Assembly (NCBI GenBank): GCA_963803435.1
Contig: CAWDML010000001.1
Location: 128,001-192,000 of the forward strand
Reading direction: 5' to 3'
Origin: an uncultured delta proteobacterium
Lineage (GTDB): Bacteria > Myxococcota > Kuafuiibacteriia > Kuafuiibacteriales > Kuafuiibacteriaceae
DNA length: 64,000 bases
Below, in pieces: positions 1-10,031 of this stretch (positions are counted from its first letter, which is position 1; the number at the start of each line of letters is the position of its first letter). The notes under the pieces were generated by a model. The model was not told the origin of the DNA. It did no database searches and worked only from the letters and a program-made list of their open reading frames with translations. The position numbers were made by a program, and so were the translations under genes.

Positions 1-1
1 G

Positions 2-460
2 GATCATGAGCTCACGGCGATAGGGTTTGAGCGTCTCGAGCGCCCGCTTCACCCGGGCCGCGTCCTCGGCCGCCTCCGCGCGGGTGTCGGGCCCGGCCCC
101 CTCGTAGGGGAGGTCGTGCATGATCTCGGTGAGCGTCTCGCGCCGCACCTTTCTCCGGAAATCGATCGCGACCCGGAGCGCGATCCTCACCAGCCAAGGG
201 AACAGGCTCGACTCCTCGCGGAGCTGATGGCCCTGCTGGATCGCGCGAATGAACGTCTCCTGCACGATGTCCTCGGCCATGCCGAGGTCGCCGTGCGCCG
301 CATCGACGATCGCGCGGAGACGATGGCCGTAGCGCTCGAGCAGCTCGCGCGCTGCGGCCTCTCTCCCGTGCTTGGCGAGCTCGAGCAGGCGCGCGTCGCC
401 GAGGGACCGGGTGTCCTCCTCGGTGCGCTGCCCGAGCACGCGCGTCGCCCAGTGGCTCAT
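2..460 (-). CDS. ECF-type RNA polymerase sigma factor (3' end runs off the window)
   Basis: Not in the ORF track. Manual translation from ATG at 460: MSHWATR...DARLLELAKHGREAAARELLERYGHRL...AEDIVQETFIRA...SLFPWLVRIALRVAIDFRRK...VKRALETLKPYRRELMI, matching sigma region 2 and the start of region 4. Confidence 0.85.
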   Translation of the reverse strand, partial: MSHWATRVLGQRTEEDTRSLGDARLLELAKHGREAAARELLERYGHRLRAIVDAAHGDLGMAEDIVQETFIRAIQQGHQLREESSLFPWLVRIALRVAIDFRRKVRRETLTEIMHDLPYEGAGPDTRAEAAEDAARVKRALETLKPYRRELMI

Positions 461-487
461 GGTACGAATCGACGACATCCGCCGCTC

Positions 488-1642
488 CTAGAAGCGGAAG
501 CCCACGTGGGCGGTCAGCGTCATGCGCTTCGCGTTGAACCGGCTCGGGCCCTCGTCGCCTTCGTCCGAGCCCGCAACCGGCTCTCTGCTCTGAGGCGGAT
601 CCTTGCCGGGGATGAGCGCGCGCGCCGACTGCGCCGGGCTCGCGCTGGTGCCGTGGTGGAAGACCTCGACCGGGTACCAGCCGAAGTCCATACCGGCGTA
701 GAGGCGCTTGATCACGATGTTGAACCCAGCGCCCAGCCTCAGGTAGCCGGCGCCGCCCTTCTCGACGCCGTCGGCGTACTTGAGGTCGTAGCCCATGTAA
801 CCGAAGCCCACGGTGGGGAAGATGTCGAAGCGCGAGCGCGGGATGACGTGGAGCGCGAGGCTGGCGTCGATCAGGTGTGCGTGTCCGGCCTCGAGGTTCC
901 GGTAGTCGACGCTGTTCGTGTTGGCCCAGACGCCGCCGCGATCGAGGTTGAAGTTCGGCCCCGAGCGGTGGGGGCTGTCGTCGTGATTCAGGCCCTGGAA
1001 CATCACGCCGGTGCGGATGCCCATCATGTCGCTGGCCATGAACTCGGCGCCGAAGCCGCCGAAGACACCCTGACCGTTGAAGCTGCCGATGCCGTGGACC
1101 AGCACATCACCACGCTCCGCGTGGGAGGGGCGGTTCCACCAGCTCAGATGCTCGCTGGTCTGGCAGCGCAGATCCTCGCGCATCGACAGCTCCTCGTTGC
1201 GGAGGCGTAGCTTCTCCTGGCGCAAGCGCAGCTTCTCCAGGCGGCGCTCCTGGCGCTCGCGAAGGCGGGCCAGCCGGCGCTCGGCACGCGTCAGCGGCGC
1301 GTCGGGGACCACCGGCGTCTCAGGCGTCGCCGGCGCGGCCACCACCGGCGGCGTCTCCACCTGCGTCTGTTCCTTCTTGCCGTCGACGACCACCACGTTC
1401 ACGACCTGCGTGTTGTCGTTCTTGTGCTTCGCCTCCTCGCGCGACAGATCGTCGAACATCTCATCGGCATGCTGGCGGACCTCGTCGGTCTTGCTCTTGG
1501 GCGCCGGCTTTTTCTGCGTGAAGAAGTCCTCGTCGTCGTCGACGACCACCTCGACCTTCACGGGCGGCCCGGCCTGCGCGAACGTGGCCGAGCCGCAGAT
1601 GAGCGCGAGGCAGGAGGTGACCAAAGCTGTGCGGATCGTCAT
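488..1642 (-). CDS. Exported protein with a coiled-coil N-terminus and a probable C-terminal outer-membrane beta-barrel
   Basis: Signal peptide (ATFAQA), amphipathic beta-strands, terminal motif AHVGFRF ending in Phe. Confidence 0.6.
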   Translation of the reverse strand: MTIRTALVTSCLALICGSATFAQAGPPVKVEVVVDDDEDFFTQKKPAPKSKTDEVRQHADEMFDDLSREEAKHKNDNTQVVNVVVVDGKKEQTQVETPPVVAAPATPETPVVPDAPLTRAERRLARLRERQERRLEKLRLRQEKLRLRNEELSMREDLRCQTSEHLSWWNRPSHAERGDVLVHGIGSFNGQGVFGGFGAEFMASDMMGIRTGVMFQGLNHDDSPHRSGPNFNLDRGGVWANTNSVDYRNLEAGHAHLIDASLALHVIPRSRFDIFPTVGFGYMGYDLKYADGVEKGGAGYLRLGAGFNIVIKRLYAGMDFGWYPVEVFHHGTSASPAQSARALIPGKDPPQSREPVAGSDEGDEGPSRFNAKRMTLTAHVGFRF

Positions 1643-2628
1643 CTTGCGACTCCTTGCGGAAGAGAGCTGAGGCGGTCGAGGGAGCGAGCGAGCGCGTCCA
1701 GCACCTGCTCGTTGAACTGCTTCTGCTGGAAAACGGATGCGCCGTTATCGTCGAGGCGCGTCTCTACGGCGATGAACCAGCGGTTGGACTGCCACAACAT
1801 GATGCAGCGTCCCCGATGGCGGTAGAACCAGTGCGCGCCCGGGCCGAGATCCGACTTCACGGACAGCGAGACCTTCACCGAGGCACGGACGCGCTCGATC
1901 TCGGCCCAGAGCGACTCGGCGGCGGCGTCGTCCTGGAGCATGACGCCGGTGAGCAGCACCGATCCGCGGGCGCCGCGGTAGCCCCGCTGGAACGCACCGA
2001 TCACCTTGTCGCTCACGAAGGACAGACGCGTGATGCCGCCGACGACCAGCTCCTTCGGCGACTCGACGAACTTCTCGAGCTTGAGCCCGAGATCAGGGTG
2101 CCACTCGCGAAGGACGGCGATGTCCATACCCGGCGGCGGCGTGAAGCGATCGAAGGGCAGCGTGCTCTTCATCAGCGAGAGCGACGCCTCGCTCAGCTTG
2201 GTAGGCGCGACGGTCACCTCGGTCGCCCCGTCCGCCAGCCGCAGCCGCCCGCTGGCCGGAGCGCTCTCGCCCGCGGGCCCGAAGAGCTCGGCTTCGATCA
2301 GCTCGATCGATTTGGGAAGGACGGCGCCCTCCTCGAGGTGGAGCGCACCTCGAGCCACGGTCATGGGCCTGAGCACGACGCCCGACGATGTTACGGCGAC
2401 CTCCGAATCGATCGCGTAGATGTGACCGCGCACAACGCCCGCAATCTCGACGCGTCCATCGATGACGAGCAGGTCGCCGACGACCTGATCGATGTCGATG
2501 ACACGCTTGTCGTGGATCAGGCGGACGAAGGGCAGCTCCGGCTCCCCAGCCCACGCCGAGGAGGTGAAGAGGAGCGCGGCGATCAGAGGAACTCCTCTGG
2601 CTGCTCGGCCGATGCCGCCCTTCGCCAT
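1639..2628 (-). CDS. Exported hypothetical protein, N-terminus resembles a polymer-forming (bactofilin-like) beta-helix
   Basis: Signal peptide (SSAWA), repeats GDLLVIDGRVEIAGVVRGHIYAI; 4-bp overlap with the next gene. Confidence 0.5.
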   Translation of the reverse strand: MAKGGIGRAARGVPLIAALLFTSSAWAGEPELPFVRLIHDKRVIDIDQVVGDLLVIDGRVEIAGVVRGHIYAIDSEVAVTSSGVVLRPMTVARGALHLEEGAVLPKSIELIEAELFGPAGESAPASGRLRLADGATEVTVAPTKLSEASLSLMKSTLPFDRFTPPPGMDIAVLREWHPDLGLKLEKFVESPKELVVGGITRLSFVSDKVIGAFQRGYRGARGSVLLTGVMLQDDAAAESLWAEIERVRASVKVSLSVKSDLGPGAHWFYRHRGRCIMLWQSNRWFIAVETRLDDNGASVFQQKQFNEQVLDALARSLDRLSSLPQGVAR

Positions 2629-2686
2629 CGCCCCTCAAGACGGAGGGCGCGGCGCTTTCGTGACCGGGATTTTTAGGTGACTGCGC

Positions 2687-3862
2687 TCAAGCGGGGGCGG
2701 TCGGCTTTGGGGCCGGAACCATACCCAGGAGCTCGCGAATCCGTGAATTCACGACCTCGCCCTTCTGCGTCACGACCACGCCGAGCGTAATCTCGTCGCC
2801 GAAGTCGAGCGTGATCTCGCCGGCCTTCACCAGATGCTGGAGCAGGGTCACCACGTTCTTCGCGTACATCTGGCTCGCGTGATGGGGGACGGTGGAGGCC
2901 AGGTTGGTGGGTCCGAGGACGGTGACACCGTTGTGCACCACCTCCTCGTCCGCGCGCGTGACCTCGCAGTTGCCTCCGCGCTCCGCAGCGAGATCGATGA
3001 TGACGGAGCCGGGGGCCATCCGCTCCACCATCTCCGTCGTCACCAGCACGGGAGACTTCTTTCCCGGGACGGCGGCGGTCGTGACCACCACATCCGAGGG
3101 TGCGACCACCTTCGTCATCAGCTCGCGCTGCTTCCGGTAGAAGTCCTCGCCGAGCGCCTTCGCGTAGCCGCCCTTGTCCTCGGCGTCGCCGGCCTGCACC
3201 TCGAGCTCGATGAACTTGGCGCCGACGCTCTGCACCTGCTCTTTCACCGCCGCGCGCACGTCGTACGCCGACACCACCGCGCCCAGGCGCTTGGCGGTGG
3301 CGCACGCCTGCAGGCCCGCCACGCCGGCGCCGATGATGAAGACCTTCGCGGGCGAGACGGTGCCCGCGGCGGTCATCAGCATCGGGAAGATCTTGGGGAG
3401 GATCCCGGCCGCGATCAGCACGGCCTTGTAGCCCGAGATCGTCGCCATCGAGGAGAGCGCGTCCATGCTCTGTGCCCGGGTGATCCGCGGGATCAGCTCC
3501 ATCGCGATCAGCGTGCCCTTGGTCTCGGCGAACCGCTTCGCGCTCTCCGGGCTGGACAGCGGGTCGGCGAAGCCGATCGTGATGTGCCGTTCGCCGAGGC
3601 GCGCGAGATCGGCCTCCGCGTTCGGGTTGGTGCCCAGCGTCCGGACCTGCGCGATCACGCGGGCCTGCTCGAACAGCTCGTCGCGGCTGACGATCCGCGC
3701 GCCCTTCTCCTCGTACTCGCGATCCAGAAAGCCGGCCTCTTCACCCGCGCCGCGCTCGACGAGCACACCGAGCTTCGCCTTGGTGAGGAAGGGAACGAGC
3801 GCGGGAATGAGCGCGACCCGTCGCTCGCCGGGAAAGGTCTCCTTCGGGATTCCAACGTCCAT
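2687..3862 (-). CDS. pntA: NAD(P) transhydrogenase subunit alpha, soluble domain I (PntAA)
   Basis: GIPKETFPGERRVAL, RITRAQSMDALSSM, GAGVAGLQA, GGYAK, GGNCE motifs; no membrane segment. Confidence 0.93.
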   Translation of the reverse strand: MDVGIPKETFPGERRVALIPALVPFLTKAKLGVLVERGAGEEAGFLDREYEEKGARIVSRDELFEQARVIAQVRTLGTNPNAEADLARLGERHITIGFADPLSSPESAKRFAETKGTLIAMELIPRITRAQSMDALSSMATISGYKAVLIAAGILPKIFPMLMTAAGTVSPAKVFIIGAGVAGLQACATAKRLGAVVSAYDVRAAVKEQVQSVGAKFIELEVQAGDAEDKGGYAKALGEDFYRKQRELMTKVVAPSDVVVTTAAVPGKKSPVLVTTEMVERMAPGSVIIDLAAERGGNCEVTRADEEVVHNGVTVLGPTNLASTVPHHASQMYAKNVVTLLQHLVKAGEITLDFGDEITLGVVVTQKGEVVNSRIRELLGMVPAPKPTAPA

Positions 3863-3918
3863 CGGGGCGCTCTCGGCGGTAGCCCACGACTAAAACGGTG
3901 TCCAGTGCCGCGATGACG

Positions 3919-4650
3919 CTAACGACCCGACCTCCGCACGGCGGCCGGTCGGGCGCGCAGGGTTTTTGACCTCTTCGACGAGCGCCTGCGGGCGGCGTCG
4001 TTCATGCGGCGCTCCTGGTCGATCCGCTTCTTGCTCGCCGCCCACGCGCAGATCGGGCAGGCGGTGAGGTCGTGATAGAGCGCCGGACAGTGCTCCCGGC
4101 CGAAGGAGATGATCTGCAGGTGGAGCCGGTTCCAGCGGTCTTCGGGGAAGATGCGGCGGAGATCCGCCTCCGTCTGATCCGCGTTCTTGCCGCGTGAGAG
4201 GCCCCAGCGCGCGGCGAGCCGATGGATGTGCGTGTCGACGGGAAATGCCGGCTTGCCGAAGGCCTGGGACAGGATCACGTTGGCGGTCTTGCGCCCGACG
4301 CCCGGGAGCTTCACCAGCTCGTCGAAGTCGTCGGGGACCTTCGACCCGTAGGCCTCCACGAGCGCCTTGCTGAGTCCCTTGAGCGCCTTCGCCTTCTGCG
4401 GCGCCAGCCCGATCTCGCGGATGATCGAGCGGATCGTGGGGATCGACAGCGCTGCCATCTTCTCGGGGGTGCCACCGACCTCGAACAGGCGCGGGGTCAC
4501 CTGGTTGACCTTCTTGTCGGTGGTCTGCGCGGAGAGCACGACGGCCACGGCGAGCGTGAACGGATCGACGTGCGAGAGCGGGATGGGCGTGATGGGATAC
4601 AGCCCCTCGAGGACCTCCATGATCCTCGTCGCCTTCTCGTCGAGGCGCAC
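3919..4650 (-). CDS. nth: Endonuclease III
   Basis: VLSAQTTDKKVN, HhH motif LPGVGRKTANV, PVDTHIHR, C-terminal Cys cluster; GTG start at 4650 chosen. Confidence 0.92.
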   Translation of the reverse strand: MRLDEKATRIMEVLEGLYPITPIPLSHVDPFTLAVAVVLSAQTTDKKVNQVTPRLFEVGGTPEKMAALSIPTIRSIIREIGLAPQKAKALKGLSKALVEAYGSKVPDDFDELVKLPGVGRKTANVILSQAFGKPAFPVDTHIHRLAARWGLSRGKNADQTEADLRRIFPEDRWNRLHLQIISFGREHCPALYHDLTACPICAWAASKKRIDQERRMNDAARRRSSKRSKTLRARPAAVRRSGR

Positions 4651-4651
4651 G

Positions 4652-5065
4652 TCAGCGGGCCTCGACCATGATGCACGGGCCCGCCACCACGCTCGGGAAG
4701 CGGGCGGCGGCCTCGAGGACACGGACGTCGAACGCGCCCGGCTGGAACCAGAGCACCGGGTGCGCAGCAGGATCGAGGGACTCCACGATCGATCGGGCCA
4801 CCTCCGGCGGGACCACGAAGTCGAGGATGTCGATCGCCCCGGGGACGGCGTCGATCGTGGGGTACGCGATCAACCCCTCGACCTCCCGCTCGCGGGGATT
4901 GACCGGCACGACCGTGAATCCTTTGGCCCTCAGATCACGCAGGATGATGTTCCCATACTTGTGTCGAGCGTTGCTCGCTCCGACCACTGCGATCCGTCGG
5001 TCATTTCGCGGCGGCTCCAGCAGCGCGGCGACTTCCCTCGGGACCCGTGCCATCATCACTTCCAT
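4652..5065 (-). CDS. CoA-binding protein (YccU-like)
   Basis: IAVVGAS...KYGN...VPVNP...LWFQPGA...GPCIMV. Confidence 0.85.
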   Translation of the reverse strand: MEVMMARVPREVAALLEPPRNDRRIAVVGASNARHKYGNIILRDLRAKGFTVVPVNPREREVEGLIAYPTIDAVPGAIDILDFVVPPEVARSIVESLDPAAHPVLWFQPGAFDVRVLEAAARFPSVVAGPCIMVEAR

Positions 5066-6041
5066 GCCACGCCTTCACGTCGGGAGCATCCTGTTTCCGC
5101 TCCTGGCGGCCTGCGCAACCACCTCACCGCCTCCCGTGCACGAGCCGGAGACGGAGGAGGCCGAGCACGAGCCGCCGGACCCGGGACCCCTCGCCGAGAA
5201 GTGGATGCTCCCGAGCCGGATCCTCGACGGGGGTACCAAGGAGATGGTGTCCGAAGATCGGCTGATCCAGGCGCTGATGTCCGCGCGCGCGATCTACGTC
5301 GGAGAGAAGCATCCCAGCCCGCACGATCACTCGGTGCAGCTGCGGATCGTGCACGAGCTCCACGAGCGCGATCCCTCCCTCGCGATCGGCATGGAGATGG
5401 TGAAGCGGCCGTTCCAGCCGGTGCTGGATCGGTTTCTCGCGGGCCAGATCGACGAAGCCACCTTCCTGAAGGACGTGGAGTGGGACGATCGCTGGGGCTA
5501 CCCGTTCTTCCTTTATCGTCCGATCTTTCGCTACGCGATCGAGCACAAGATTCCGATCTACGCCCTCAACGCCCAGGACGAGGTGACGCAGAAGGTCGCG
5601 CGCGAGGGCATCGACGCACTCGACGCCGACGAGCGGGCCACCATCCCCGATCTGGATCTCACGAACGAGAAGCACAAGGAGGCGGTGCGCGAGGCCTTCG
5701 GAGGCCACCACGGGCAGGAGGAGAGCGGCGGGCACGGCGGGATGTCGTTCGACAACTTCTACGCAGCCCAGGTCATCTGGGACGAGACGATGGCGTACGA
5801 GGTCGCCCGCGTGCTGCGGACCGATCCGACGCCGAATCGAATCGTGGTGCTCGCCGGGAGCGGCCACGTGCGCGACGGCTTCGGCATCCCCGATCGCGCC
5901 GCCAAGCGCGGGGCCACTCCGCACAAGACGGTCCTGCCGCTGTTATTGAAAGAGGACGGTCCGACCGTCGATGAGGCGAAGGCCGAGCCGGGCGCCGACT
6001 TCGTCTGGTTGATGGGCGACGCGGTCGAATCGCTGCCGTGA
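5064..6041 (+). CDS. ChaN-family lipoprotein
   Basis: Lipobox LAAC, YVGEKH, IGMEM, AQVIWDETMA, VVLAGSGH; ATG at 5064 chosen. Confidence 0.85.
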   Translation: MPRLHVGSILFPLLAACATTSPPPVHEPETEEAEHEPPDPGPLAEKWMLPSRILDGGTKEMVSEDRLIQALMSARAIYVGEKHPSPHDHSVQLRIVHELHERDPSLAIGMEMVKRPFQPVLDRFLAGQIDEATFLKDVEWDDRWGYPFFLYRPIFRYAIEHKIPIYALNAQDEVTQKVAREGIDALDADERATIPDLDLTNEKHKEAVREAFGGHHGQEESGGHGGMSFDNFYAAQVIWDETMAYEVARVLRTDPTPNRIVVLAGSGHVRDGFGIPDRAAKRGATPHKTVLPLLLKEDGPTVDEAKAEPGADFVWLMGDAVESLP

Positions 6042-6059
6042 TACAAGATCCGGTCAGCG

Positions 6060-9000
6060 ATGGCCGGGGGCGATCGGCGAGCCGATGAGGGCGACGGAAC
6101 GGCGGCGACGATCGAGCCGACGCTGATCACCGGCGCGCCCCGCGCCACCGTCCCCGCGCGCACGCAGGCCGGTCCCTTCGCGCTGCTTCACGAGATCGGC
6201 TCCGGAGGCATGGGCGTGGTCTACCGGGCGGAGAGTCCGGACGGACCGGCTGCGGTGAAGGTCCTGCCGCTGACGTCCTCGCCCCGCCTGCGACAACGGT
6301 TCGACCGCGAGGCCAAGATCAAGATCCAGCACCCCAACGTGGTGGAGATGCTCGGCACCGGCGTCTGCGACGACGGCTCGCCGTACATCGCCTTCGAGCT
6401 GCTCGAGGGCCACAGCCTCGACGCGATCCTCGCCAAGGGACCGCTGTCCCCCGACGAGGCGGTGCGGATCGGTCTGGCCGCCTGCGCCGGCCTCTCGGCG
6501 GCGCACCAGCTGGGCGTCGTTCACCGCGATCTGAAGCCGAGCAACCTGTTCGTCTGTCACGACGGATCCGTGAAGATCCTCGACTTCGGGATCGCGCGGC
6601 TCCACCTCGATGCAGAGCTCACGGCGACCGGAGACGTGATCGGAACGCCGTCGTACATCTCGCCCGAGCAGGCGCGCGGCCGCACGGACGTCGACGCGCG
6701 CTCGGACGTCTGGGGCCTAGGCGCCGTGCTCTATCACGCGCTCTCGGGCCGGCCGCCGCACAAAGCGCAGACGGTGCTGGCCACGCTGGTCAAGGTGGTG
6801 ATGGACGACGTGGCGCCGCTGGCGCAGGTGATGCCGGGGACGCCGCCGCAGCTCGCCGAGGCGGTGGATCGGGCGCTGAGAAGGAGCCCCGAGGAGCGCT
6901 GGGAGACCATCGACGCCCTCGCCGATGCGATCGAGGGCGCTGAGCTCTTGCAAGGAAACCTGCGGATCCCGCAGGCACACTCCGGCCTGATCGCGACAGG
7001 CGAACGACGCGTGGTGGCGATCCTCCTCGCCGAGGGCGTGACGGATCTGGGCTCGCTCCAGCGTGCCGTGAGCGCCCGCGGGGGCGTCGTGATCCCGCTG
7101 GTGGGCGGGCGCGCGATCGGCCTGTTCGGCGGCAAGACCTGGGAGGGCGACGAGCTGATCTCCGCCGCCGAGGCCGCCCTCGCCTGTCGCGGCGCCGCCG
7201 GTCGGATGGCGGTCGCCTCGGGACGCGCGAAACGCGCGGGACGCAGCATCTCGGGGGAGGTGCTCGAGCACGCCGAGGCCGCGCTCGCCGCCAACCTGGC
7301 CGGGGTCGCCGTCGATCCCGAGACCGGCCGCAGCCTCTCGTCGGTCTTCGCGCTCAGGGAGCGGGGACCGGGGGTCCTCGAGGTGTTCCGGGAGCCGACG
7401 CTCGACTGGAGCTCGGTCGAGCAGGAGACGCCGCTGGTGGGGCGGGAGGCCGAGCTCGCCCACGTGGAGCGCGCGCTCCGGATCGCGTTCGGAGAAGGAC
7501 GTTCCTTCGCGCTCCTCGTGCACGGCCCTCCCGGGATCGGCAAGAGCCGGCTGCGGCAGGAGACCGTACGCCGGCTGCGCGGAGCTCCGGCCGGAACGCC
7601 GATCCGGATCCTGTCGGGACGCGCGCAGCCGAGCGATCGGCGCAGCGCGCTGGGGCTGGTGAAGAGCGCCATCGAGGACCGGGCCTTGCGCAGCGAGAAG
7701 AGCCTGGCCTCCCCCGCGTCGATCGACGAGCGCCGCGCCGCGATCGTCGCGCTCACCGAGGAGGCGAACCTCACCGAGACGGATCGCGACGTCACCAGCT
7801 TCCTCGGCGAGCTGCTCGGCGTTCCGATGCCCGAGACCGTCGAGCTCGCGGCCGCCAAGACCGATCCGGAGCTGATGGCCGACCGCCTGCGGCTGGCCGT
7901 GCTCGACTTCCTCGAAGGACTCGCCGAGAGCGGACCGCTGGCGCTGATGCTGGAGGATCTGCACTGGGCCGACGAGGCCTCGGTGTCGGTGCTCTCCGAG
8001 CTGATGACGCGGACGGGCGACCTCCCGTTTCTGCTGTTCGCTACCGCGCGCTCCGACTTCCTCGCCGACGGCGCGTCCCTTTTCTCCGGCGCCGATCGGG
8101 CGCAGATCGAGCCGCAGCCGCTGCTCGCCGAGGACGTGGTGCGCTTCGCCGAGGGTGCGTTCGGCGTCCGTCCCACCGAGGGCCTGGCGCGGCGCCTCGC
8201 AGAGCACACCGGCGGCAACCCGCTCTTCGTCGAGCAGATCCTGATCGAGCTGGCCCGCGACGGCGCGCTCGGCGACGACGTCTCCTCCCTGCCGCTACCG
8301 TTGACCGTGGAGGCCGCGGTCCAGTCGCGCCTCGATCATCTGACGCCGATGCTGAAGGAGATCACCAAGCGGGCCGCCGTGTTCGAACGGCCGTTCACTC
8401 GGGACGAGCTGGCGGCGCTCGACGTCACGGATGCCCGCAGCGCGATCGATGCCCTGATCCCGCGCGGCATCCTGATCGCGCACGGGCGCCGGCGAGGACA
8501 GGGCGAGCGTTACCTGCGTTTTCGGAGCGCGGTGGTGCAGAACGTCGCGTACGGGATGATCGGCGAGGACGTGCTCGTCGACTGGCACCGGAAGGCGGCC
8601 GTCCATCTCGCCCGGATCCCCGGAGGCGATCTCGGCGAGATCGCGAGCCACTTCGAGCGCGGCGGGGAAAAGGCGCGCGCCGCCGAGTTCTTCGCCCGCG
8701 CGGCCCTCGACGCAGCCCGCCGAGGAGACAGCACGAAGGTGTTGTTCGCCGCGGATCGCGCGCTCTCGCTGGGGGCGCCGGTCGAGACTCACTTCGCACT
8801 CTACATGGCGAAGAACGACGCGCTGCAGTTCCTCGGCAAGCGCGACGAGCAGGAGGCGGTGCTCGACGCGGCGTCCTCGGCCGCGCCCACGATGGCCGAC
8901 TTCGCGCGGGTCGCGACCGAGATGGTGGCCTGGATGTCGCGCATGGGGCGCTGGTCGGAGGCGCTCGAAAACGCCGAGGCGGCGGTGGAGGCGGCGCGCG

Positions 9001-9923
9001 AGTCTGGCGACCGCGAGGTCCTCGGGCTGGCGCTGGGTCGCCGGGCGGTGGCGCAGGTCTACGCCGGCCAGCTGGACGCAGCCGAGACCTCGCTGGCCGA
9101 GGCCGAGTCGACCTCCACCGAGACGCCGAACCGACTGTGGGCGATGCTGGCGAGCTGGCGAGCACAGCTCAAGACCGCCAAAGGAGATCTCGGGGGGCGA
9201 ATGACCGCGTATCGCCAGGCAGTCGATCGATTCAAGGAGGTCGGCGACATCCGGCGCGCAGCCGGCAACGAGGTCAACCTCGCGGATGCGTACAACCGAC
9301 TCGGCGAGTACGAGAAGGCGAAGGTGGCGCTCCAGAACGGACTCGAGCATTGTCGCGCGGTCGGTAACAAGCCGATGGAGGGCTACGCGCTGCTGAACCT
9401 CGGCTACGCCCACTCGATGCTGGGCGAGATCCCCGAGGCGCTGGCCGCGCTCGACCGCGCGTCGACGGTCGCGCACAAGATCCGCGAGGTACGCCTCGAC
9501 GCGATCGCCCGCGTCTACCGGGCGCGCGCACTGCTCGGCCGGGAGCGACCGGGGGAGCTGGCGACGGCGGCCGAACGGCTGGCGCTGGAGGCCGAATCCC
9601 AGCGGATCCGCCCGTTCGCGGTGACGGCGCTGGTGATCGCCGCGGAGGCGGCGCGGGCCGGCGGTGAGCTGGAGCGGGCCCGCCAGCTGGCGCTGGGTGC
9701 GCTGGCTTTGCGCGACGAGCTCGGCGGCATCGAGGAGGACGAGGCCGAGGTCTTCCTCTCGGCGGCCGCCTCGCTGGCGCTCGGGGGCGAGAACGACCAG
9801 GCGGACCTGATCCTGGCCCGGGGCCGGGCGCGGCTGATGGACGTGGCCGCCGGTATCGAAGACGAGGCCCTCCGCGCCCGATTCCTCGCCGTCGACGCCA
9901 ATGCGCGACTGATGGGGGCGTGA
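6060..9923 (+). CDS. Ser/Thr protein kinase with degenerate cyclase-like domain, AAA ATPase and TPR repeats
   Basis: IGSGGMGVVY, HRDLKPSN, DFG, GTPSYISPEQ; GERRVVAILLA; Walker A GPPGIGKS, LEDLHWAD, GGNPLF; TPR tail. Confidence 0.9.
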   Translation: MAGGDRRADEGDGTAATIEPTLITGAPRATVPARTQAGPFALLHEIGSGGMGVVYRAESPDGPAAVKVLPLTSSPRLRQRFDREAKIKIQHPNVVEMLGTGVCDDGSPYIAFELLEGHSLDAILAKGPLSPDEAVRIGLAACAGLSAAHQLGVVHRDLKPSNLFVCHDGSVKILDFGIARLHLDAELTATGDVIGTPSYISPEQARGRTDVDARSDVWGLGAVLYHALSGRPPHKAQTVLATLVKVVMDDVAPLAQVMPGTPPQLAEAVDRALRRSPEERWETIDALADAIEGAELLQGNLRIPQAHSGLIATGERRVVAILLAEGVTDLGSLQRAVSARGGVVIPLVGGRAIGLFGGKTWEGDELISAAEAALACRGAAGRMAVASGRAKRAGRSISGEVLEHAEAALAANLAGVAVDPETGRSLSSVFALRERGPGVLEVFREPTLDWSSVEQETPLVGREAELAHVERALRIAFGEGRSFALLVHGPPGIGKSRLRQETVRRLRGAPAGTPIRILSGRAQPSDRRSALGLVKSAIEDRALRSEKSLASPASIDERRAAIVALTEEANLTETDRDVTSFLGELLGVPMPETVELAAAKTDPELMADRLRLAVLDFLEGLAESGPLALMLEDLHWADEASVSVLSELMTRTGDLPFLLFATARSDFLADGASLFSGADRAQIEPQPLLAEDVVRFAEGAFGVRPTEGLARRLAEHTGGNPLFVEQILIELARDGALGDDVSSLPLPLTVEAAVQSRLDHLTPMLKEITKRAAVFERPFTRDELAALDVTDARSAIDALIPRGILIAHGRRRGQGERYLRFRSAVVQNVAYGMIGEDVLVDWHRKAAVHLARIPGGDLGEIASHFERGGEKARAAEFFARAALDAARRGDSTKVLFAADRALSLGAPVETHFALYMAKNDALQFLGKRDEQEAVLDAASSAAPTMADFARVATEMVAWMSRMGRWSEALENAEAAVEAARESGDREVLGLALGRRAVAQVYAGQLDAAETSLAEAESTSTETPNRLWAMLASWRAQLKTAKGDLGGRMTAYRQAVDRFKEVGDIRRAAGNEVNLADAYNRLGEYEKAKVALQNGLEHCRAVGNKPMEGYALLNLGYAHSMLGEIPEALAALDRASTVAHKIREVRLDAIARVYRARALLGRERPGELATAAERLALEAESQRIRPFAVTALVIAAEAARAGGELERARQLALGALALRDELGGIEEDEAEVFLSAAASLALGGENDQADLILARGRARLMDVAAGIEDEALRARFLAVDANARLMGA

Positions 9924-10031
9924 ACCCTCTTCCGTATGTCCACTCGCTGAGCGGCGGGTCAGGATGCCGCGGACGGCGATCGGCCCAGTGTTGCATTCAA
10001 ACCCCGGACAATGGGCGAAGGAGTTCTTCCG

